DNA from: Antedon mediterranea
Lineage: Eukaryota; Animalia; Echinodermata
Direction of reading: 5' to 3'
Assembly: GCF_964355755.1 (NCBI RefSeq)
Contig: NC_092672.1
Coordinates: 4,712,001-4,776,000 of the forward strand
DNA: 64,000 bases
Below, one piece after another: positions 39,501 to 52,300 of this stretch. A program made the translations under genes and the position numbers. Each line of letters opens with the position of its first letter. Within the stretch, counting starts at the first letter, position 1. The notes under the pieces are model-generated. The model saw only the letters and a program-made list of their open reading frames with translations, did no database searches and was not told the DNA's origin.

Positions 39501-42500
39501 TGGCTATGAGCGCTCACTGGCTAAACCCAGGGGCCCCAGAGCTTAAGGGGCCCCAGAGCTTAAGGGCCCCAGAGTCCAATGCAACTACCCAGCGTTGGAG
39601 GGCCCCTTGGGAGTGCTAAACCACAGGCTTTTTCCACATGCGTTACGCCACTGTTCTGTTTCAGAAATCAATCATAAGTGAATTGTACTTTTTCGAAAGA
39701 CAATACTTACAGTTCTAATTGGTAATACTCCAACCAGTATTGGGCCTTATATCCATTTTCAGTTTCAGTTAGAATGGTGTTCCATTGTTCTCGCCCAAAG
39801 TCAAGGTTATTATTGTAATGCATCTGAGATGAAAAACAACCATTAAAATAATTTGTTTAAAGATACATTGTCAACCTAAAAAATTTGTTTTAAACATTTT
39901 TTTTTTAATATGCCATTTTCATGTTGCGTATTAGTTATTCACTTTGACCTAAAACTTTGATCTGAAAAAAAAAAAGATTTACCTGAAAAAAATGTATTTA
40001 AAGCAAAAAATACCTCAATTGTCTTAAGTGAAATAACCATTTGTTTTGGTCTTTTTTTTACAGAAGTGAATAACTTTATTAAAACTGTCCTATTTAAAGT
40101 CTGATTTTATTCATCTTCATTTTTCATGTTTTTGGGGGACAATACATCTTTAAACCTTCATTGAATAAAACTTTTGTCTTTCTTTAAACCAAATTTAGGA
40201 ACATATTATTTACCTCAACTTTAGCCCAGTATTTTTGTAGAGTATACAAACTGTCTCCCTGGCCTCCAAAGTCTGTATATGCAATGAAAAATATGTTACA
40301 TTATATTATGTTATTATGTTACATTAATTACATTATACATAATGAAAGAAAATAAAAAATCTTTATTTTTCTATATTTTATGTTTTAATTTTTCCTCAAA
40401 AATAAAAATACTCACATTGATTCATAAAATCAATTGCTCTCTGAACTGTGTCACGGAATTCTTGCAGAGCAACAGTTGCAGTAGATTTCCATTCAATTCG
40501 TCTTTTAAGATAATTTAGCCACGCTGTCCAAAAGTCTAAGTACTCGTTAGAACCGGAGAAGCCAGCTAGTATAGCTTCTTCGCAAACACCTGTGGAACAA
40601 GGGATGTATACAAAATTGTGTTCTTAAAAAGAATCCGATAAGATAAGGGTTAAATTAATGTTTTGTTTCTATATATTTAGGCAAATTGCCAAGGATAACC
40701 ATAAGCGAATTCATTCACTATCCTTCTTAAGGGTGGAAATCCTGTTCACAAGACAAACATATACACAAGATGCTCTATATAAAACAAAGTCTTATTACAA
40801 GTCTTTAGGAGTGGAGTTGTAATTTGTCATTAGAAAAAATCCTGACATGGCATGACAGGACTTGAACCCTTGGATTGGTAGCCAAGCATCATAACCACCA
40901 AGCCACAACTCCACTCCAATGTACATACACTTTCCTTCTGAATACAGTGAAAAATAGATATATAGACATCTGAAATATCAATTATAATATAGCTTTTACC
41001 TAATATGTCTGTATGTGGCTGTTTTAATCTCTCCATTGCACGCATATACCCAATCCAAAGCTCTGCAGACCAAGGACAATTTCTAACAGCTCTTTTATGA
41101 ATGTTTAGAAGGCTTTGACAATCATTTTGGTTCTTTTCTTTATTCACAACATCTCTTTCTGGTTTTTGGAGACTTTCAACATCTGTCATCATCTCTTCTT
41201 TTCCTCCCAGAGGTTGATGGTACCGATAGAACACATTTTCATCGTCTTTTAATTCTTTTGCGTGATTCACTCTATAATCCTCATCCTAAGAGTAAAATAA
41301 AAATATATTGGTACTATGGCTTGGTCGTTTACATGCTTGCTTATCAATCCGAGGGTTTTTAGTTCAAATCCTGTGACAGATCCAGGATTTATCTGAGGTT
41401 CATATGGGTTTAGAAAGCACGAGTTGCAGTTGCATTGTTGAAAGGAAGATATTTTGCACAAAATCAGAGATGAATTTAGATGTATGTATGCCCAGTAGTA
41501 ACAAAATGATCCAAGGTTAATTAAAATTGATTCAATGAAACTTACCATAGCTTTAGTGTAGGCCTGCCATAGAGAAGCATTCAGGCAGTTTTCAACCAGC
41601 GCTCGTTCATATATACATTGTAGCCTTTTAATGTCACCCTTAGACTGGAGTGCTCTGATGTAATTTTCATACTCTGCTAGCCTAGGAGCTTCGGCTTTAT
41701 TCTATTAAAACACAGAGGAGACAGTGAGAAGTGACTTCCACAAGATACACACTTAATTTTATACTGTACATATTTCTATATGTTTATACTGTTGAGTGGT
41801 TTAATATGTTTTTTGTACTGTTTTACTGCACCAGTCTTTGTGAGTGCAACTGTTCTAAATCTCTGCCTACACTATCAAACTTTGTGTGACAAAAAAAAAG
41901 TTGATATATATATCCATATATGCACATGATGATGTCATATCACTACCATATCTAGGCACATCACCTTTTTTTTTTTGTCATACAAGTTTGATAGTGTAGA
42001 CAGAGCTTCGTCTCCTTGAAATATAACCGTTCATCATTCACCTCATGCCATTATTTGTACCATTACACTCATAAAAATGTGTATTTATATTTGTATAATA
42101 TTAGTTTTTTTAAACAAATTCTAGAAATCACTTCAAATTGAACCACTTACAAGAGCTATTTCATATTTATGATAAGCTTTAAGCTGACACAAAGCTTTGT
42201 TGTAATCATCCGTGATTTCTTTAGGAACTCCATCGGTCAAAAACTCCTGAAATTCAAGATAGGTTTCTTCCATGGCTGTAGAAAAAAATAAAGAAAAATT
42301 ATCAAATAACTACAAAACATGACAATGTGAGTTTTGGTTAGCAAAAATAAGAGATTTAAGATTTTAAATAAGTAATTCATAAACACAGTATTGCATTTTG
42401 AAGAAAACTATTGTAGTATGCTATCATGTTACCACAAGCTTATAGCTAGGGGATGTTTAGGGGTTAAACAGAAACGCCCACTTTTCCCCACAGAAGAGCA

Positions 42501-45349
42501 TTTTTCAAACTACAGACTAACAGCAGTTCAACTGCTAACAAATAGCACTTGACTATTGTGTGAATACCCTATGAAATTAAAAGAAATTATTTTTTATTTA
42601 TTTATTTCACCTTATTTATAGAGGGTGATCCCAAACAGTGTATGCTTAAAATCAAGGGGTCCTCTTGATGAGTTTATGATAAGTGTCTGTGTGTGACAGT
42701 GGCTGTGTGACACCGGGGTAACCCCTAATCATCTCGAAAGATATACTAGGTTCTTTAAAGTGCACATGAGCCAGATTTTGATTATCTCACTAAATAATCT
42801 CTTTTCTACTTACTAAGAAGAGGTGTAGAAAGCTGTCTTTTAAAGAGGCTTTCAATTCGCTTTTCTTGTTCCTCTAATTTCGTCTGTTCTTCACTTGTTT
42901 GAACAGCTCCAATCTGGGGCTGTAATTAATATCAGCCTTAGTTAGTGCTTATAGAAATTGTACAAATACTGAAAACTTAAGAGGTCTTTAATTGGAAACC
43001 TTACGTTATCATTATATCTTATTCTTTAATCTGAACCAAAGAGATACTATTAAACTACTGTACTAGAGTGTCAACTCCCTACACAATCATAGCTCACTAT
43101 GAAGAATATAGCTGCACCAATCAATTGCCACTCTTGTAGTTTAATACTATCTCTATGATCCAAGCACAAACCTGCAAACTCTGCAGTATGGCATTTTCAA
43201 AAACACGGTAAGAATCCCATATCAGTGAACCACGAGTAACATGAAGACCAGCAACAGAGACCGCCCTTTCATATGTATCCCGTGCTTTAGCGAGACCCGC
43301 TTCTGTTCCAATGCCACCAATGGTGAACTGACAGTACTCTAGCCAAAGACTAACAGCTATAAAAAAAATGTATCAATTATAATATACAGTATTAATTATT
43401 TTCATTTATTAATTTCATTTTTATCTTGTGGTAAACATAACTGGCAATTTAATTTTCATAACTGATTTTATTATAAATTTGTAAAAAAAATATAGAACAT
43501 TGGTTCATTTTTTTTCCAATTTTAGGCCTCCCAAATATTTCAAAATCCGGGATCTGCCACTATTATCCCAGTTATAATGTAGTTCATATGCTACCAGTCA
43601 AAGTCAACCCTCTTACTGTATGCGTATAAAGGGAGAATGGAAATGAAAACATATACAAATTTATGAACACAAACTACTGTAATAGCAAATGGTATATAAT
43701 GTATTTATGGTGACTATAATCTGAAATAAGGTCCTTACAAAGGTAATCAGAAACAGCTCTGTCAAGCAGCTCAAGCACTGCTTTCTTTTCATGTTCTGTT
43801 GAGGCTAACTTAATCTCATCTTGCACCCATTCCAACCACAACTCTATGGCAAATAAATAAATTGTTAATCATATGACAAAATACCCTGCATGAAGAAGCG
43901 CAATGATCTATAGGCTAAATAGATACTAGTTTCTGTTGGAGGTCAGGATCATGCCAGTTGCACAGCAAAAAGAGGTTCTAAAATCAGCACAGTTCACCTT
44001 TGACCTTATAGCAAGTGAATACACAAAAGATCTTAAATATAAATACTTTTGCATGTAAATAATACTTTAAATACGGTCGGGAGAATGCTAGTAGTATTAT
44101 AGGCATATCAAAGTCAATAGTATAGATCTAATAAAATACCTTCAGTGAGAGGAAATATCTGGGCCATTGCATTCCGTGCATCTCTTAGTTTTTCCAATTC
44201 CCCAGATTCTTTTAAGAATTTTATCAGTTTCACATGATTTTCGTATTCATAAGGGCTTTCTGTGACCTGAAATTAAAAAAAAAACAATAATTTCATTATT
44301 CTGGTATATATATAAAAACATCTTGATATATTGCAGTCAAGAACTAAATTGCATCAAAATTTACAAGTGAAAGGAACAAATGCAAAACAGATATAGGCTA
44401 GGCCTACATAATAAAATTAAAACAAAAGTAATTAGGCCTACTGACTGTACAATACAACAATATATTAAAAAACATTAAAATGTGATAATAATACACTTGT
44501 CAATTGTATGACCCACTATACAACCCCCGGGAGAGGTGCGTCATGGGTGCGTCATTTAGTTTACAAATAATTACTGACGCAGGGGTGTGTCAAAAAACCT
44601 AGATTAAAGCCTAAAGGTACGTCACATTAATGAATGATGGTGTGTCAATGTCCGTCACTTTACCACTAAAAATATCATAAAAAAACATGGTCATAGTGCG
44701 TCAAAAAAAAAATGCGTCTTGGTCACTTAAAGGTAGGTCACATTTTTTATGTGCGTCATGGTATTCATAAGGTATGACGCACATCGGACAAATGACGCAC
44801 CTCTCCCAGGGGGTCATACAATTGACAAGTGCATATTAATAAATAGGCAGCTTTATTAGTTACAATTTAGTTTCATTTTCTTATCGGATTATATTTCATG
44901 TCAGGCCTAAATATATTGTATTGTGTATATATATAGAGAATACGTCTTAACACTTTACTTACTTACTCACTGCGGAGGGGGTGGGTTGACTTTCAAAACA
45001 AATATTTCAACTGCTGTATAATGCGTTTATTAAATAATAATTTTCACATGGCTCTGGCCGATCCCTCTGGCCTATGCCGTCTCCTAAACTATTATACGTC
45101 ACAATATGAAAGTATCATTCAATAGCCAGTGCGTAGGCCTAGGCCTAAAACCACTCACTGATGTAACCCCATCGACCGGCCTGTTATCTGTGAAGCTATA
45201 CTTATCGCCGCCGCCTTGGCCTAGCCTAGCAGAAAGAAGCCTACCTTGTTGGTCAATTCTTGCTCCTGCAATTCGTTGTCTTCATCGTCTAAACTTGAAT
45301 CAGAGTCTTCGTTAGTTTCAGCTTCACATTCCATTTTATCGGTGTCCAT
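30588..45349 (-). CDS. SART3: SART3/p110/Prp24 U4/U6 recycling factor, 1018 aa; exons 45245-45349, 44140-44266, 43739-43843, 43172-43356, 42814-42919, 42151-42275, 41546-41701, 41000-41285, 40416-40589, 40214-40272, 39711-39823, 39241-39430, 38581-38895, 37919-38084, 37541-37662, 37036-37119, 36636-36752, 36228-36317, 35980-36063, 31128-31276, 30588-30786
   Basis: Acidic N-terminus; HAT repeats (IFPLTEELWLEW, YERALVENCL, RAVRNCPW); basic NLS-like region; two RRMs (VFVKNL/RGYCYVEF and LFVSGLP/KGLAFIEY); C-terminal LSm-interaction motif KLTNADFAKMLLKK*. The 3057 nt are in frame. Confidence 0.95.
31542..35967. repeat. 19-bp tandem satellite ATCCCCTACTCTGTA(G/T)ACG, ~230 copies, in SART3 intron 19
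   Basis: Directly visible. TAGAC and TATAC variants occur in blocks; the CCCTTAC variant appears only in the right ~1.1 kb. Confidence 0.99.
39491..39653. mobile_element. Small TIR element CAGTGG(T/C)GTA...TACGCCACTG with TTCTGTT target-site duplication
   Basis: TTCTGTT at 39484-39490 and 39654-39660; internal GGGCCCCAGAGCTTAA repeats; hAT- or P-like ends. Confidence 0.8.
42690..42780 (-). mobile_element. Deu/Nin-domain SINE remnant
   Basis: GACACCGGGGTAACCCCTAATCATCTCGAAAGATATACTAGGTTCTTTAAAGTGCAC resembles the reverse complement of the DeuSINE central domain (consensus recalled, not aligned). Confidence 0.5.
44494..44831. mobile_element. TIR element (CACTTGTCAATTGTATGACCC ends, internal TGCGTCA repeats) in SART3 intron 1
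   Basis: Inverted ends plus an inner inverted pair GGGAGAGGTGCGTCAT / ATGACGCACCTCTCCC. Confidence 0.8.
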
Positions 45350-45399
45350 TATACGCGTTTAAAATACTTAATTTCGCGGTAAAAATTCGAATGGATATT

Positions 45400-45510
45400 T
45401 TCACTCAAAACCAATGTGATAATCGGCCATTTTACGGAGATCGTCGATCGTACGTAAATGTTGAGGTCGCTCTATAAAATATTTATTGAGCCGAATTCTG
45501 ATTGGATAAA
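45400..45510 (-). promoter_or_regulatory. Probable SART3 promoter / 5' UTR
   Basis: CpG-rich patch upstream of the ATG with a YY1-like AAAATGGCCG (45424-45433) and CCAAT motifs (45411 on +, 45501 on -). Confidence 0.4.
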
Positions 45511-45758
45511 AGTTAGTTTGTGTGTTTGTTTTGAGTTCAAACTCCAACTAAATAGGAAAGTTTTAGTTTACTTTTTCTTTGGAGTTGGAACATTAAAATG
45601 TCAAACGTAGTACATTATAACTTACCATAGTTTTATTTCAATAAAAGTATAAATACATTCCGGTATGATACAAGCAAACACATAAGTTATGCCTACCTCC
45701 CTCTCTTACAAACTGATTGGTAATGTGATCGATTCCTCGACTCATTCTGCTGCCGTTT

Positions 45759-46095
45759 GATACAAGATACAAGATAACTTTATTGTAAAAATTTTTAACA
45801 ATTTCGATATATGTTTTGTACCTGAGTAGAATAAATAATACGATGTGATAACTATATAAATAAATACAAATGATACAAGTGACTATCTTGAAAAGTTTTT
45901 GTTAAATAAATTGCATGCTATGTACATTGGTGAAACTCTGAAACGGTTTGTGGTTATTTTTTTCTGTGTCAGTCTAACCCTTCCTGATCTACTTATAATG
46001 ATGTCTGAATGTAATGGGTGTGATGGGTCTTGCATAATTGTGTCAAATTTCTGAAGTATGAATGTATTAAACATTTCATCTAAAGGTTTCAGTAT
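45759..46095 (-). mobile_element. LINE 3' fragment (Rex1/Babar/L2-like C-terminus)
   Basis: IMQDPSHPLH...SRSGRVR...TNRFRVSP..IACNLFN*, followed by AATAAA and a TATCTTG tandem tail. Confidence 0.75.
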
Positions 46096-46306
46096 TGTAA
46101 ATTATAATTAAAGTTACTCATACAAAATGTTACTAATTCTTATATATCTATCATTTACACATTAATTAGAGTTACACATAACTCTTTCAATAATTATTAT
46201 CTCTCTCATTTTTTAATAATAGATATTTCAACTGGACTCCTCGATTGAAACGTATATTACATAAAGTGAGCTCATAAAAACTAAAACCAAAAGCGGCGTA
46301 GATGTT

Positions 46307-49300
46307 TCATGCTTGTTTTGGATCGCAAAAGCATGAAATGATGACTGAAGCAAATTTCTTTCGAATTAAACCTCCGAAAAACGTTTGGACGAACACCACT
46401 GAAAATAGAGAGAATTTATTGTTATAAATTACGTCTTAAACAAAGTTGTCCTGAATATTTTGCACATAGCTATATAACATACCTTACCTATTGATTGAAA
46501 TAGATATATTGGTGACGTCACAAAAGCTTATTAAAATCTCGAGTTATCTCTATCTTCAATATGGGCCGAAATGTTAAATAGCACGCCCTCTGTTGATATC
46601 TGTATTTTTTTACAATAAAGAGAAAAGAATGCAATACTCACCGACGGCAATAACAACGACAGAAGCATTGATACAGGTCAACACGCCAGAGGTCACGGTT
46701 TCGCTGGTTCTGCCAATGCCTTCCCTACTCAAAATTGATTTCACCGACAAGTTTAGAACGACATAGACCAATGTAGTGATCTGAAATCGTTGTGCAAATT
46801 TGTTCTTGATTGGTCTAAAGTGGATATGGAGAAGAATGAGGCAAACGATCACCAGTACAGAGTACGCTATATCAATGTCTGAATAGTTTTCGTAATTGAC
46901 AATCAGCGCTAGAGCTGCTTTTGTAAATATCTCAAGAACTTCCCAGAACCAACAGCGCGGAGTGTACTCGACGTAAAAGAACGACAGATGGTGTTCTTGC
47001 TTTTGGTGCTGCTGCGGCCATTGACATCGCTGTTTCTGATCATGCTGTTGATTTTGCTGCTCTGTCTGCTCATAATCGATAGAGTTTAAGATATCTTGCA
47101 CAATGGCATCGTTATTAAATGCATGTTCTTCATTGTTCTCTCCACCAATATTGGAACAGTCTGTGCTCAGTAGCTGTTGATAACTATGATATCTACCAAA
47201 AGGAGGAGGTCGGCGACGTCGGCGAACATAATATAGAATGCACCCGATCGAAACCGGAAAACCAATCACGTACAGAAAAGAAAAATAACAAAGTATTAGG
47301 TAGGCATTTGTGCCTGTGTCATTGGATATGATAATGGAATAATCCATTTTCAACATCGTCCGCGTGCAACTTCCGTCGTGCGTCACGTTAAACGTACGAT
47401 ACGCCCACGGTCCTATAGCCATGATTCCCGAACATGTGTTTGCATAGGTAAAGTAGAGAAGTAGCAACACGACAAAGCACACCAAACCATTGGTAACTGG
47501 AAAATCAACATTTCGTTTTCGTTTTATGGTGACGATAATCACAGCGACGCATCCAAAGAGTATAATAACAACAGGAACACATATTGATAGCACTGCTTGC
47601 TTGTATGCATTCCAGGCGAATCCGTAAAAAATACATCTTGGGCTGAGCAGATTTATGTAGCCTACAATATCCAAATAGATGAATAAATTCCCGCCTATTG
47701 TTTTAGATAAATCGTTTCTTCTGACTGACAAAATTCCAATAATTTGATAATAATTAATGGCAATTTTAACGTACATACTTACAGATTTTATATTCAGTTT
47801 ATCATATTTTTGACGCAACATAGTTTGATATTTGAAAGTTAATGCTCCAATCAAAACAACGAGTAGTGTGATGACACTGAACATCAAAAGAAGGATGGTA
47901 GAATGAGGACACTTGTGACATTCGTAAAATAATGTGTAATAACCTTTTTTGCACACGACACATAGCCAGTCTTCGTAGCCTTCAGCACACGCGGCCAATG
48001 TCCCGTTAGATATGCAGCTTTTAGGACGGGGACATCTGTGCACAGATGGAATGGAGCCGTTGTATTTGACGTTCTTAAGCTCTTCTGGATAGGATACATC
48101 GAATGTGCTGTTGTTTAGCCCATTTATAAACTCATCATACTCAGCAGCAGGACTTCCAGAATGGTTACCATAAAAAATGCTGTTGGTGAAGTTCCAACTC
48201 CACCAGTATCCATTCTGTAGTTGTTGATATCCACCAGAACAATCTACTCCTTCTGAAGGACACGGAATACATTCCCCAAATCTTTCAAATCGATGGAACA
48301 TCGAACTGCAGTCGCAAGCGTTTAGGCCAGCGCAAGAGTCGGTTTGAGTACCCAGAGGACAAGCTAAGCAATTACTCATTGACGATGCCCCGGCTTCTGT
48401 AGAAAATGTTCCATTTGGACATCGTTTGCAGTCAGTTGTGTAATTTCCTGTTTTTACAAAGCCAAGCATATCTTGATAGTATCCGCCTAAAACGTAGATA
48501 AATATATATATATATATATGATTATACGTGCGTAAAACTTGTTTCCCACTAGAGACGCAACGCAAGGACGAGTTGAGAAAAGACAACCAACATTGCCTCT
48601 GCGTTGCGTGTACGTCCTTGCGTTGCATCCTAGTGGGAACCAAGCTTTTGGAGTCAATACTATTGTTAGACTGTGGAGGAATAAGTTTCATGGTTAGACT
48701 AAAGCTTGGTTCCCACTAGAACGTAACGCAAGGACGTAAACGCAACGCAAGTGAATTGACCAATCACAAGCGATGGCTTATTCGCTTGTGATTGCTAACT
48801 GTCTATAACTTCGCTTGTCATTGGTTAAAACGCTTACGTTGCGTTTACGTCTTTGCGTTACGTTCTAGTGGGAACCACGCTTAAAGCTTGGTTCCCGCTA
48901 GGACGTAACTCAAGGACGCAATCCATGCGAATTGACCAATCAAAGCGATGGATTATATGAACTTTCGTTTGTGATGGTCAATTCGCTTACGTTACGGCTT
49001 ACGTCCTTACTTTACGTCCAAATGGGAACCAAGCTTTACGAAATGTTGCGTACCTGGTGGGCATTTCAGACACACGGCATGTTCATCTTTATTTCCAAAC
49101 GTGCCCCTTTGGCAGAACGTACACTCTGTTTGATCATCGCCGGGACATTCAATGCCGCTGATATATATTATCGATTGTTTTTCATGTTTAGCGTTGGAGA
49201 GTCCCTCTAGTGTAATATTGATTCCATCATATGCACAGGTCCTAGAAATAAATTTCACATCCAAAATTGATGAGCACATACGAACAAGTTAAAGGAGGCC

Positions 49301-52300
49301 ATTAATGGAGCATTCGATTTGCGGCGACCAAAGTAGGCCTACGTCATGTTAATTCACAGATGTGTTTTTTCTTCCCTTGACTACTGTCGGTCAGTGGATG
49401 GCTTCGGTAAAACTAATAATTTAATTTAGATAAAGATATAATGTGCTTCAGACAGAACTTACGCTATAACATTCTGGCCAACCGAATTTGGCAACTTGTG
49501 TAGCTGTTCACAAGATAGGTAAACTATTGTAAAACTTGCAAAACTGTCCTCATCAATTGTATATATTGGGTTGTCGTGTATATACCTATTGTACATGAAT
49601 TATTGCATTAAACCAATCCATAACAGTGTAACAAGAAAAGATACATTTCCATTTGATACTTGTATGCTAGGCTACATATTATAATATAACAAGAGGGACA
49701 GACAATCAATATCATTTAACTTACAGATATGCTTGTTGTTTTTCTTCTGTCATCTTGAAAGCAAATTGCGAAATATTACTTAATTGATTGCCGTAAAGAT
49801 ATCTAAAATATGAATGATAATGTTAATAAATCAATAAATTATTCACGTAATTGAAACATTTCAACGTATTTACTTTGGATCGTAACGAAGACGGCCTTGC
49901 CTTGGGTCAGACCTACCCACACCCCTTTCATTCTCTCTGCATGCATCAAAAGCCTTTTTGTCACTTAGGCCTATAACCTAAAACGCTCTATGATATTAAA
50001 TTTAAGTTACAATTCGAGTCTCTTTTTGGGAGTTCCGATTTAAATTGTAACCTTCCATTTGTTAACATAATGCTTATTTACATTGCAGACAGGTTGGAGT
50101 CATCAAACGCATAGTCATCAATACTACTGATGTTATTATGGGCTATCATTCTGAAAAAAAAAATAACAGAAACGTTCAATTAATATATAACCCGTTCGTT
50201 ATATACCGTACGCTTCATACGACTATTACGGCGATCGCACCTCCATGAGTTAAAGAGGATGGGAGAGTTGAGTTCCGGTTAGATTAAGGCCAACTCAGAC
50301 AGCATCGTAGGCTACGACGACGACCTAAAAAATACGCCCGACGCCATCTCAAGACGACTCGTCTCGTCGAGATTCAACTCAGACAGCACTGACGAGTCAA
50401 GACGTTTCGGCGGGCCTCGTCGTACGACGCTATCTCGGTTGGCCTTTACAGTGTTACTAAATAGTTAGTCGAGGCATGTAAAGGTTGATAAGCTACTAGG
50501 CATTAATACAGTATTAATACTTACAAGACTTTCAGCTTTGTCATTCCCTTGAAATTCGCCTTTCCAATGCTTGAAATATTGTTTTGAGACAACATGACTT
50601 CTTCGGTTGCATTGGTACCAATTTTGCCTGTTCCCAGTGTTTCAATGCTGTTGAAATTGAGCATTCTTCAAGAAAAATTATCAACATCTTTTAGAAATCG
50701 TGAACTTAAGTGAAGTATAAGTATTACAGGAACTCAATCTTCAAGTAAAGCTTATATTTAAAATATGGCGGCAATCGCACTTCAGCCTTCATTAGAAAAG
50801 TTCACATTCATTTTGATTCGCTTTAACTGTATTTTGTCTTTTATGTGTAAACTGAATTTGGGGTTGGGCCAACCGGCTCAGCTACAGTGATTAAGTTCAC
50901 TTAGGTTGACCCTGGTCTCCCCACTCTATAGTTCACTATGTCAGTCGGTCGGTCTGTCGATCTGTCTGTCTGTCGGTCCGGTATCACTATGCGTTTTAGC
51001 ACGCAACTTATGGCTGTTGGCCTTGTTTTTACAGGCCTACCACAATGTCATTTTCGGATTTAACAGACACATGTTCAAACTGCCATTTCAGTCACGTGTG
51101 TGCTTCAAATCTTCTAGGGCATAACCAGACCATACCTTAATAATATAATCGAAAAATTAAATATAGAACCGAACTTACAATTGTGTAATTGTACACATGC
51201 TAACGGCTGGTGAAATTTCGGTAAGCATATTGTTGGTCAGAAACCTGAAATTGTAAAGATGTAAATTCTACTTTAAATACGGCCTATTTTAGAGGAGGAT
51301 GTTGGTTGTATGAATCAGAAAACCGCATATAGAGGGGAGAGGAGGAGACTATACGATATTACTCACAATCCATGTATAATGCATACACTGTCAAATGCTT
51401 CATCGTCAATATATGAAATCTGGTTATTTTGCAATGATCTAACAAAATAAATATGATATTATATTAAGATACAATGCATATCATTATATAGACTTGGTGT
51501 ATGCGTTCTATTATTATAAACATTGCCGCCGACTTCCGCCGATATTGCTTATTGAAACTTTTGGAATAAATATTCACTCTAATAGTGAGAAAATAATTAA
51601 CGAAGCTCTTCATTTTGATATTAATAAAACTTGCTAGAAAACAAAGTCCATGAAATCTACTCACAAGGTGCCGATAGTACTGCATCCATCAAAAACGCCT
51701 TTATCGATTCTTGTCAATTTACAGTCATCCATGAAGCTATGGAAATCAGGATGTAATATTTTGAAATTTAACTCAACCACCTAGTGTGGGCTAAAAGTCT
51801 TACCCCACAACGATCAGAAAAAAATTACCGTAGCGTAGTTTGTAAATATCTTTATACCAGCTTTTAATTAAATAATTATTAATAGAAAATAAAACTAGAG
51901 GGTACTCCGAGAGTACAAACCTCCGCCTACTGTAAAATTCCCCTACATAAAACTATTTTACTGCCTAGAGACCAGAGATTTTATCCGATTCTCACCAAAC
52001 TTAGCCACAATGATCAATGACTCATCATATACTTGTGGTTAAATTGAACGGTCAGGGTCAAGGATCAAGGTCCACAAAAAAAAAAGAAATAAAAAAATAA
52101 TAATTAAAAAAAAAACCTCAGCGGGACTTGAACCAGCGATCTCAACTGTGAGAGGCTGGATACATAACCATTACACCAAACGCTCATCCACAACCTTGTA
52201 GTGTGCAGTTAGCCTATTTACACATAGAACTAAAAAAAAAAATGTTAACAAAATATAAATATTTTTCGGGGACATTTTATGTAGGGGAATTTTACAGTAG

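Noticed and set aside
48487-48691. N-terminal ~68 aa of the 693-aa ORF
   Set aside because: Intronic MITE and (TA)n sequence; the real exon starts at acceptor 48486.
49463-49523. Apparent frameshift (pseudogene) in the LRR gene using the AG at 49524-49525
   Set aside because: The upstream acceptor at 49586-49587 gives a 123-nt in-frame LRR exon (YIHDNPIYTIDEDSF...).
50389-50410. Second hammerhead candidate CTGACGAGTCAAGACG
   Set aside because: Followed by TTTC rather than the required GAAA core; it lies within a palindromic MITE.
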